Source: Octopus bimaculoides (taxonomy: Eukaryota). From it: a stretch of DNA of 64,000 bases. Below the pieces are notes generated by a model. It did not search any database and had not been told where the DNA came from. It was given only the letters and a program-made list of their open reading frames with translations. The stretch spans positions 16,529,681-16,593,680 of the forward strand of contig NC_068984.1 of assembly GCF_001194135.2 (NCBI RefSeq), read 5' to 3'. Position numbers and translations under genes: made by a program. Positions 52,182 through 62,592 of this stretch are shown one piece after another; position 1 is the first letter of the stretch, and each line of letters begins with the position of its first letter.

Positions 52182-53051
52182 TTAAAGTTTCATTTTATTG
52201 AAAACTGTGGCTTCAGCTTCAGAAATTATGGTCTGTTTCTGTGGCTTAACTGAATACTTAACATTATTAACGTATTCAGAAAGTTGTTTGTCTTGGAGGA
52301 AGACGGCGACTAAAGCTTTATATAAAATAATTTTCTTTTCTTTTGCTATAGACAGAAGAGTAAAATGATAACTTGGCCACCAACTCTTTCGATCAGACCA
52401 CACAGATTTTACCACAGAACTAAAGATGTCAGTGTCATATGTTTGTGTAAGAGTCTCCAGTAAATTGGCTAACCTTGACCAAGGATCAACCATTGTCTTC
52501 CAGCAGCTATAGTCCAGTAAATCAAATAGATATTTCAGAACATCGTCGTAATTATCTGAAATCATATCACACAATGTTAACACCAATGGATCAGAAGGAA
52601 CATACTTTACGAAATTCCTCAAGACTTTGACCTTTTTCTTTTCACATGCATTTGTTTGACAAAGAAAATCATAATAAAATTTATGAGAATTGGGATTTTC
52701 AGGATTAGATAAACAATAGTCTTTGAGTAATTTTTTAACAGCTTCAAAGTTTTCATTCACTTCAAGAGCTTGCCTTTCAGCCTTTATAAAAATATCTCTC
52801 ACAGCAATATTTTCTTTCACTGCAGCTGATGAAAAGCATGAGAGCATTTTACACATATGTGCTTCAAGAGTGAAATTAATGGTTCCAGATTCAATTTCTG
52901 CAGCATCAGACTTCATCTTGGACTTTCTAGTATCAAACCACTTAAGATACCAAATAAGACCTTGATAAGCAATAAAAAGTGCCTTATTGTAGGCAGCATT
53001 CCTTGACTCAGAAATCATTTGTCTTGAAGAAAGAGCAGCAGATTGTAATTC
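52182..53051 (-). CDS. TAF1A: TAF1A coding exon 2 (terminal)
   Basis: Acceptor ttctttttcctttatag|GAA (phase 0). Motifs IAYQGLIWYLKW, NPENPNSHKFYY, VPSDPL, LFDLLDY and WSDRKSWWPSYHF match my recollection of vertebrate TAF1A (AYKGLLQYYTW, PSNPNAHIY, VPSH, LFGVLDF, WNSRKNWWPGFHF). Stop TAA at 52184-52182. Confidence 0.8.
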   Translation of the reverse strand, partial: ELQSAALSSRQMISESRNAAYNKALFIAYQGLIWYLKWFDTRKSKMKSDAAEIESGTINFTLEAHMCKMLSCFSSAAVKENIAVRDIFIKAERQALEVNENFEAVKKLLKDYCLSNPENPNSHKFYYDFLCQTNACEKKKVKVLRNFVKYVPSDPLVLTLCDMISDNYDDVLKYLFDLLDYSCWKTMVDPWSRLANLLETLTQTYDTDIFSSVVKSVWSDRKSWWPSYHFTLLSIAKEKKIILYKALVAVFLQDKQLSEYVNNVKYSVKPQKQTIISEAEATVFNKMKL

Positions 53052-53235
53052 CTATAAAGGAAAAAGAAGAGACAAATTTATTATTAGTAACAAAAGACAA
53101 TAAGACATCAGAATTTAGAATAGTAAATTCATATTCAAATGTTTGATATTTCTTTCTAGTCAAAATTTTAATTCATGCATGCATTATACCTGTCTTTAAT
53201 ATTGTTTTAGCAGGCTACAAAATATAATCATCATC

Positions 53236-53715
53236 ATTTACATTTGACGGATATTTATCCTCATTTTGTTTGTTGTTAACACGTTTCGGCTGATATACCC
53301 TCCAGCCTTCATCAGGTGTCTTAGGGAAATTTCGAACCTGGGTTCTAATTCCTAAGGTATTTTTCGATGTTGTTATTCATCATCATCATCATCATCGTTT
53401 AACGTCCGCTTTCCATGCTAGCATGGGTTGGACGATTTGACTGAAGACTGGTGAACCAGATGGCTACATCAGGCTCCAATCTGATTTGGCAGTGTTTCTA
53501 CAGCTGGATGCCCTTCCTAACACCAACCACTCCGAGAGTGTAGTGGGTGCTTTTACGTGCAACCGGCACGAAGGCCAGTCAGGCGATACTGGCAACGCTT
53601 AAAATGGTGTATTTTACGTGCATTATTATTATAATAATTATTATTATTCAGGTCACTGCCTGGAATCAAACTCGGAATCTTGGGGTTAGTAGCCCGCGCT
53701 CTTAACCACTACGCC
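53236..53715 (-). mobile_element. Second copy of the tRNA-head/hammerhead SINE, interrupted by an RTE tail
   Basis: Head 53715-53649 reads ggcgtagtggttaagagcgcgggctactaaccccaagattccgagtttgattcc. The tail 53377-53236 is near-identical to the 7.1-kb copy. An RTE 3' end is inserted at about 53378-53622. Confidence 0.8.
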
Positions 53716-54134
53716 CTCATCATTTAATGTTCACTTTTGTTATGCTGGCATGGGTTGGACGATTTGATAGGATTCTGGTGAGCCACAAGCTGTGTTATGC
53801 TCCAATATCTGCTTTGGTATGGATTCTGTGGCTGGATACCCTTTCTAAAACTAGCCACCACTTTATAATGTGTACTGGGTGCTTTTTTTGATGTCAGTGG
53901 CACTAGTAAGGCTTCCAAGTAACTTGCAAGACAGAAAGAGAACAGAGAAAAAAAGAGAAAGCCCCTATTACTAAGTGAATGGGGGGAGGATTTTAGAAGG
54001 GAAAGTGGTTTTATGCCAGATAGAAGGACAAGCACAGGTGTAACCTGGTATAACTACATAACTTTGTGAGAAATGCATATTCTTTAATGAAATTTTGCAG
54101 TAATATACTCTTGAAAATGTAGATTACAACTCTT

Positions 54135-54345
54135 ACTCTCTTGTACTCTTTCACTTGTTTCAGTCATTTGACTGTGGCCATGCTGGAGCACCGCCTTTAG
54201 TCGAGCAAATTGACCCCAGGACTTATTCTTTGTAAGCCTAGTACTTATTCTATCGTTCTCTTTTGTCGAACCGCTAAGTTACGGGGACGTAAACACACCA
54301 GCATCGGTTGTCAAGCGATGTTGGGGGACAAATACATACACACAA

Positions 54346-54384
<39 letters not shown>

Positions 54385-54680
54385 NNNNNNNNNNNNNNNN
54401 NNNNNNNNNNNNNNNNNNNNNNNNNNNNNNNNNNNNNNNNNNNNNNNNNNNNNNNNNNNNNNNNNNNNNNNNNNNNNNNNNNNNNNNNNNNNNNNNNNNN
54501 NNATATACATATATGCAACGAGCTTCTTTCAGTTTCCATCTACCAAATCCACTCACAAGGCTTTGGTCGGCCCAAGGCTATAGTTGAAGACACTTGCCCA
54601 AGGTGCCACGCAGTGGGACTGAACCCGGAACCATGTGGTTAGTAAGCAAGCTACTTACCACACAGCCACTCCTGCGCCTA
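54135..54680 (-). mobile_element. SINE family A, full-length copy in the TAF1A intron
   Basis: Reverse complement of the family consensus, with an N-gap in the central (TA)n. Confidence 0.8.
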
Positions 54681-55676
54681 TTAAAAGCCTTAGAGTGCTT
54701 TTAGTAAATTAGAAGAGGTACACCAAGGGAAGATGAAAGAGGCTAAATCAGCTTATGCTGATAAATTTAGGAAAAAATTGAGGGGTAAGGCTGAATCCTT
54801 TTTCATACACCCAACCCTGACTGTCAAAAAATTTCCATAATTTAAGTGTCTTTTATCTTCTATTTGTTTCAGTCATTGGACTGTGGCCATGCTGGGGTAG
54901 TGTCTTGAAGGTTTTAGTCAAACAAATTGATCTCTATACTTATTTTCCATTTTTTTTTTTAAGCCTGGTTCTTATTCTTTTAGTTTCTTTTGCCAAACTG
55001 CTAAGTTACAGGGCTTTAAACAAACGAACACCTGTTGGCAAGCAGTAGTGGGAAACATACACACATTTGCACAGACATAGATAGATGACAAGCTTCTTTC
55101 AGTTTCCATCTACCAAATCCACTCACAAGGCTTTGGCTGGCCCAGGGCTACAGTAGAAGACACTTGCCCAAGGTGCCATACAGTGGGACTGAACCTGAAA
55201 CCATGAGAAGTAAGCTTCTTACCACATAGCCATCCCTGTGCATGAACTTATGTAATGGCAACCTTTAGATTGCCAATCAGGTGTAACCTATACTCTTAAA
55301 AGTCTACCTCTGCAAAATTTCTTTTAAAATATGCACTTTTCAGAGAAATTAAAGGGGAATAAAGTTGAATGGAGGGTGCACCTATCTATAATTAGGTCTT
55401 TGACATTACAACAAATGATTAAACTGGATAGGTTTTCAATGTATAATCCTTAAATCCATTAGACAATAATGATTTTTTTCTTACTTCTCCCTTGATAACC
55501 CAAGGTAAGAGCAATTTTAAATTTGTGAAACTTTAGTTAATTTTCAAATAGATACATTTATGTCCAGAGTGGGATACAAACTTCAAAAAGGTTAATGTTT
55601 ACAATATTACCCAGAAACGAAAACAAACAAAAATTGTGCAATGGGTGTAAAAAAAACTCAAACAAAAAATAATTTA

Positions 55677-56335
55677 TGAATTTCTTTCTCTTTGAAAGTC
55701 CTCTCCCCACCCTATCGGAAAAGATTTTCCTCACAAATCTCTTTATAACCATAATGTATGCCGTGTGAAAGGTATTTATATAAAATTTTATTAAAAGACA
55801 TCAATTTCCCTCAAAGTTATGAAGGAAAAGCTCAGATTTTGTGAATTTTCCGAAAGTCCTCTCCTCACCCCTCGGAAAAGATTTTCCCCACATATTTCTC
55901 AATAATCGTAATCTATGCGGTTTGAAAGGTATTTATATAAAATTTCTCTACCAAATTTGGTCCAAATGGACTATATGTAATCTGAACCTTTCCCCCCTTA
56001 TTATTTTTTTTTGTTTTACGGAATCCCACGTTTTAGGCTATGGAGATTCCGACTCTGAAAAAAAATTTTCAAAAATCTCAATTTCAAAATTTCGACCCCC
56101 CTCCCCCCGGTTTTNNNNNNNNNNNNNNNNNNNNNNNNNNNNNNNTGAATTTTCCGAAAGTCCTCTCCTCACCCCTCGGAAAAGATTTTCCCCACATATT
56201 TCTCAATAATCGTAATCTATGCGGTTTGAAAGGTATTTATATAAAATTTTATTAAAAGACATCAATTTCCCTCAAAGTTATGAAGGAAAAGCTCAGATTT
56301 TGTGAATTTTCCGAAAGTCCTCTCCCCACACCCAA
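55677..56335. repeat. 157-165-bp tandem repeat, probably inside a non-autonomous DNA element
   Basis: Units start at 55677, 55842, 56146 and 56303 (tgaattttccgaaagtcctctcc...). An N-gap lies between units 2 and 3. Confidence 0.7.
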
Positions 56336-57531
56336 ACCCCCGGTTAGTTTGCGCGCATTTTTGTTTTCATATTCGCTTCATACACATTCATACACGTTGC
56401 ACTATTTTGTTTTGTTTTTGTGTGTGTGTTTTCGTTTCCGGGTAATATTGTAAACATTAACCAAAAATTGTGGCTGTGTGTTAAGTAGCTTGCTTACCAA
56501 CCACACGGTTCCGGGTTCAGTCCCACTGCATAGCACCTTGGACAAGCGTCTTCAACTATAGCCTCGGGCCGACCAAAGCTTTGCGAGTGGATTTGGTAGA
56601 CGGAACTGAAAGAAGCCCGTCGTATATATATGTGTGTGTGTGTGTTTTGTCCCCCCTCCCCCACCATTGCTTGACAACCAATATTGGTATGTTCACGTCC
56701 CCGTAATCTCAACGGTTCGGCAAAAGAAGCCGATAGAATAAGTACTAGGTTTACAAAGAATTGAGGTCGATTTGTTCGACTAAAGGCGGTGTTCCAGCAT
56801 GGCCGCAGTCAAATGAATGAAAAGAATAAAAGAATACCAAAGAGTTTGTATTGTAACCATGATATTAGTAGGGGTGGGGCAGGAATCATGATACGACGAG
56901 TTCAACAGTTGAAAACTTTCAGGTAGTATAATTTTGGAGAATCGTAGTAAGATAAATTCCACTGCTTGTTATTGCGAAAAGATTGAGGAAACAAATTAAT
57001 TATGGAATGCGTTGGAAATGGGTAAAAGAATGTTTTAAATAGATTCATCTTAAAAATAGAATTTTTAAAATGAATTTCATGAACCAGTCATCATGAGATG
57101 ATACTAATAAGAAAAATACAGAATTTAATTGATAAGAACGAGGGTAGAATTTTGAAATAGCTGTCCATCGAAGTCCCATACATCATGAAATAGGGAAGAT
57201 ATAGATATATATATATAAATTATAGGTCCAGATGGAGTAGATTACATATACTCTGGACCAAATTATATATTATACATACGTATGTAATCCTGTGTTTTAA
57301 ACAATGGAAAAATTACGATCCAGAATACATTTTTTTTACCTCCCAAAATTTTCAAGCTTTTACATTTTTGTCCCACCCTCTAGCTTGCCTCTGACTTCCG
57401 TAACTTTTCTCTTTCCCATGAGGCAAGGGACTTCGGGGGACAACAATTTCAAAATTCTGGCAAAATTACGTTACGTGTAACAAAGGTAGTATAATAAAAG
57501 TATCAGAAATGAATAATGAACAAATAATTAC

Positions 57532-58107
57532 TTGAATAGCTTCATCGATGTTATTGCTTTGCAGTTGATACCACAATTGTTCAAGTTGGATATCCCTGTG
57601 TGTTACCTCTGATCTACGGAACATGCAGAATAACTTCACCATTCGCTCGATACAATTCAATCGGTCTTTCACCGGGTTAGAATATAGGAGTTCGAAGCCA
57701 AGTTTCCACGCAGAACGTTTCAAATCACAAGTCGTCTCCTGGTGAGAAATACTTAGTATCTGAGCTAACTCATACCAACGGTGCATCAATAAACATTCAC
57801 GCAAAAGAAACTCTAGTTTTTGTGGAACACCTCGAGTATTTTTCTCGTAAGATAAATTGTTTTTTTTAGCCAGCTCACACCAAATGTTTTCCAGCCATTG
57901 AAATTCCTCGTCGGTTGATACATCTTCATCTATAGTTGAAAGGAAATTATTATAACCTTCCGTGTCATGTAAAATAATTGATAATATTTTCTTCATCCGC
58001 CTCAAATGAACTTTGATCGCAACATCTGTATCATCGCATAAACTATCATCACTTCTGTCACTTAAATTACTTTCTGAATCATCGTCGGATTGTAGCCTTT
58101 CGGCCAT
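57532..58107 (-). CDS. TAF1A: TATA-binding protein-associated factor RNA polymerase I subunit A, coding exon 1
   Basis: ATG at 58107 lies 5 nt after an acceptor (ttttgttag). Acidic N-terminus, then LLRECLLMHRWYELAQILS...WKLGFELL. Donor CAA|GTAATT, phase 0; 576 nt. Confidence 0.75.
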
Positions 58108-60416
58108 AATTTCTAACAAAAGACCATGTGCTTAGACAGGAAGTAACAAACAAGTTTGTAAACAATTCGGTGTAAGACGAAAAAGAAGCACGTTGAAATA
58201 TGCGTAAGATAGTTGTATGCTTCTGTTATGTGTACAATAATCAAAATGTCTTCAATAATCTGAACATCCAAATGATATATATATTTTTTAATCAATAACA
58301 AATGACAAGAATAATAAGAAACAGATTCAGTATTGAATACAGATATTTTTCATATAACAGGTAAATCGTTCAAGGGAGGTAATTCCAAGTGTAAAAACTG
58401 CTTAATTGCTGAGAATATTAAATGATGGTAGCTATATGATGTAGATCCTATCATTACTATTAATATTCTCAGCAATATATGAATTAATTGTTAAATTAAA
58501 AGATATGCAGGTTATATAAGCTGAACATTTAGAAAACAGTTGAGTACAAAATATTACATGCTTTGGGAGAATAAACGTTCATATGTAATTTTTATAGAGC
58601 ACAAGAAATATCTCCTGTGAATAACTACTCCTAAAGGAATAGATCTTATTTATTCTATTAAAAAAGTAAATGAAGTTATTTGGCTAATAGTTAAAATTGA
58701 CAGTTAAATGATATGAATCGTTCGTTTAATCGAGTTAAAAGCCCTACAACCAAATATCCTTTCTACTTTCGGAATAGATTAAATAAGTAACTGGTACTTA
58801 TTTAATCTACTCCGAAAGGATGAAAGGCAAAGTTGACCTCGGCAGAATTTGAACTCAGAACATGAAGACAGACGAAATGCCGCTAAGCATTTTGCCTGGC
58901 CTGCTAACGATTCTGCCAGCTCGCCGCATTCGCCGTACAACCAAATATGGAAATATTTCTGACAGCTACGAACCCAACAAATATATTTTGATCACAAGTA
59001 GATATTGTAGATGTTAATTAAATGAAAAATAGATTGAACTATAACATTTAATAAAGCAAATGTGTTGTCGTTTAGCTCCAAGTTAACGTCTCTCGATCTG
59101 ACCTAGTGTCGAAAATGCTCGTGTCCTGCTCTAGCCCTTTCTAATTTTTTTCCTTTGTATAGTGTATCTGTGATTATATCATTTGCGGCAGTGGTTCTCA
59201 AAAGATACGACGCAAAGTACTAACCAAAATATAATTTATAATATAATTTAGAGTTCAGAAAATCAAAATCAATGCATAATGTCTTGAAAGGCAAGTTGGA
59301 AAAGAGGTAATGAGGTGGTGGAATCACTTGAGCTTTAGAGGTAGGAGAATGCTTTTTGCAGTATTTGTTTTGGTCGTTTCTATAGTAAGTTCAAATTCGA
59401 CCCAAGTCAGCTATGCTTTTCACCCTGCCTAGCGATAAAATAGAATGCAAGTCTTAATCCCTTTGTCTGTCCTCCTTTGTCCCCTCTGTGTATACCCCCT
59501 TGTGGACAATAAAGAAATAAGAAACTTTAGCACGCCGGGCGAAATGCTTAGCGGTATTTCATCTGTCTTTACGTTCTGAGTTCAAATTCTGTCGAGGTTA
59601 ACTTTGCCTTTCATACTTTTGGGGTCGATAATTTAAATACCAGTTACGTACTGAGGTCGATCTAATCGATTGCCCCCCCCTCCCCCAAAATTTCAGGATT
59701 TGTGCCTAGAGTAGAAAAGTAGAGTGTGATTATTGCAGAGTGTGATACCTCACTGTTATAATGAATATTCTGTAGTTTAAATTCCGAAACAGAAAACTTT
59801 CAAATGGAAAATTAGTTGGGTGGATTCCTTTGAGCATACAAAAACGTGCATTATTAAAAAAGTTATGAGGAAAGAAAAACGTCACGAGGAAAGTTAGGGT
59901 TTAATATTTTGCAAGTCGGGTCTTCCACTTTGCTAGCGTTCGGTTCGTGGTGATATGGATGTCTGTCAAGGTTAGAAACGTCGGAGAGAAAACGAGTTCG
60001 TCGGCGGGTCATCAATTTTTAATTACCAGAGACGTCTCTGTAACCAGTTTAGTGGGTTTGGTCATTAAATTGCAGTTGATAGTATAGAATATTAGACAGG
60101 TTGTTTGAAAAGGTGAGATTCACCATAACAATACATATATTTTTATTACCTAGAACATTTGCATTTAGATATGTACAATAATTGTTTAGGTAAAGTAGCA
60201 TAATGGGATGGTGAATGTAGTAGTTAAAACTTTTCACTACATAAAATATTGTAATTTATATGAAAATCGTTCGTGGTTAATAAAGACAGAATAAGCAGAA
60301 AGAGTGAGAACACCTTATCACAAACTGTGTAGCACCTAAGGCTGTTTTGTTTAGGAATCAATATCCCAGCATTTTATAACATTTAGTCAAATCTTCTAGA
60401 ACTTTCGCTAGACCTA

Positions 60417-60429
60417 TTTGGCGGGAAAA
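60417..60429. promoter_or_regulatory. E2F-type site in a CpG-enriched segment upstream of TAF1A
   Basis: TTTGGCGGGAAAA matches the E2F consensus. It lies about 2.3 kb 5' of the TAF1A ATG; the TSS is not located. Confidence 0.35.
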
Positions 60430-61161
60430 TGCACAAAACATAAATTTCAGGTTTACTGCCTATTTGGTTATGTACTAGCTGATCTGGTTTATCGAACCAC
60501 GTTCCCGTAGGCGTTAATGTCCAATAACGTAGCTGGGAGGGAGCAAGGGAGAAACGCTTTTGGCTCTGTTGTGTAGACATGTATAGGCTTACGCAGGGCC
60601 CCAGGGGTGGCAAACTCAATAGCTGCCCGTGTGGCACACACATTAGCTATGCTTTAGTTAATGCGTTTTATATGGTAAAAGAGTTAAACCGTGGTCCTAA
60701 ACTGGAGAATCTGAGATGATGGTTCAAAGTTTAGTAGAATCCTCGCTTTGAGAATTTAAGGTTAGGCTTTGGATTTAGGATTAAGGTTAGGATTAGGTTT
60801 AAGATTATGATTATAAAATTTAATAATCCTTCTAAAACTAACATTTTAACAGTTTTCTATTTCAGATAGACTATACTTGCTATTTCATAACGTTGAATGT
60901 TTTTATCATGGCTTGACACGCTGTCTGCTTTTCTAAATGTCCGTCTTTTTAAAGGTGTTCCAACCATGACCAATCCGTCGCTCTATTTTCTTTTTCTTGC
61001 ATGTTTACAGTTTAGTGCTTCTTCAAATACCCTTGGAACTGTGTTTATTTGTAACTTTTTAGGGTACTTTTTGGTTATCTCACTCTCATTAAAAAAATTA
61101 CCATTAAAAAATTTTAGTCGAACGAATCGACCCCGGTACAATTTTTTGCAAGCCTGGTACT

Positions 61162-61748
61162 GGATCTTTTTTAAAACGGGGGCCACATTTTTCATTAACG
61201 AAACACTTTGAAATTTGGAACACTGGTAGAATGTGTCATATAAAACATCTTTTTCTCTTAGTCTTCTTTAAAAAAAAAAGAAATCCATAAATTATTCTAT
61301 GTTAAAGTTGTCGTATTTCTGTAATTTCAACCAATCACTGACGTCCATTCAGCCGATATACATTAAGTGCCGACTACATAAACAAACGATTCTGAAACAA
61401 TTAACCCTAACCCTAACCCTAAGCCTAAGCCTAGGGTTAGGGTTAGGGTTAGGGTTAAAGCAAATTTAAAATGAAAAAAGCAAATAAAACGAAGGTATGG
61501 AGATTAAATACGCTTTACATCGCTTAATCAGCCAAAGGAGTAAATGTAAACAACTGAATACTTGTCAGTGATTGGTTGAAATTATCGAAATAAGACAATT
61601 TTTTACATGAAATAAATTCGAATACAAAAATATTTTTCTGTTCTATAACACAAACTAGATAAGTATACGAAGTTTGAAAGTCTTTCGGTACCAAAAACAC
61701 TACGTAAAACATTAATGAAAAATGTGGCCCCTGTTTTAAAAAAGATCC
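61162..61748. mobile_element. Merlin-like MITE, second copy in opposite orientation
   Basis: TIR of about 37 bp, ggatcttttttaaaac(g/a)ggggccacatttttcattaa, and TSD CTGGTACT (61154-61161 and 61749-61756). Long blocks are shared with the 47.6-kb copy. It splits a SINE. Confidence 0.8.
61401..61458. repeat. Inverted telomeric-repeat tract (CCCTAA)n-(TTAGGG)n
   Basis: ttaaccctaaccctaaccctaagcctaagcctagggttagggttagggttagggttaa, lying inside the MITE. Confidence 0.9.
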
Positions 61749-62202
61749 CTGGTACTTATTCCATCGAAATCTTTTGCTGAACTGCTAAGTTACAGAGACG
61801 TAAACAAACGAACACCGGTTGACAGCCAGTAGAAAGGAACAAACCTAAACACACACATTCATATGACAGCTTCAGTTTCTGCCAACTAAATTTATTCACA
61901 AGGTTTTGGTCGGCCCAAGGCTGTAGTAGAAGGCATATGCGCAGTGGAATTGAAGCCGGAACGATGTGGTTGTAAAGCAAACTTCTTACCACACAACTGC
62001 CTGCTTGAAATACACACCAAACATACTTAAACTTTAAAAGTAACAATTAAACAAAAAGCTAAAACAGCAGATGGGGAGAAAAAGAAAAGAAAAAACTTTT
62101 TAAAATAGGGACCTTTTCAATTTTTTAATGAAAACTACGACTTTTTACTAAGTAATTTTTCTTGCTTCTTTATTGGCAAATTTTTCAATGACATTGCAAA
62201 AT

Positions 62203-62592
62203 TTATTTCGTCTGTCGATTGTCGCTAAGATTTCTTAACTGCAAGGTGTTCGTTGTAGATCTTAAATAATTCTTGATCAGTTTTATTTTTGAAAAATTCC
62301 TCACACAAGTAGCAATACTAACATCAACTGTGAGGAAAATCTGCAGCGTTGTTCTATTTGGAACCGAACTTCTAATGTTACATATTTGAATAAACTGCAG
62401 AAGTTTAATTGGGCATTCATTCAACGTTTGTTTCCCATCTTTGAAAGTAGCAACAGAGATAAAACACCGAAGTAATTTTCTGTCAATGATGAACTCCTCT
62501 TTAGCAATATTGCTATGACCGTTATGTGCTTGACACTCATTATCATCATTCAAAAGATTCATTGTCGGCAAAGAAAACGTCTCTGTCTCCAA
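62203..62592 (-). mobile_element. hAT transposase C-terminal dimerisation-domain relic
   Basis: LQIFLTVDVSIATCVRNFSKIKLIKNYLRST matches the hAT dimerisation motif. A hAT-type end, caggggtggcaaac, at about 60602 may belong to the same element. Confidence 0.75.

Noticed and set aside
60897-61211. ORF with a signal-peptide-like segment (MTNPSLYFLFLACLQFSASS)
   Set aside because: The frame runs into a SINE and the MITE TIR, and no downstream exon or strong donor was found.
61401-61458. Chromosome end-to-end fusion scar
   Set aside because: The polarity is opposite to a fusion, and the tract lies inside a TSD-bounded MITE.
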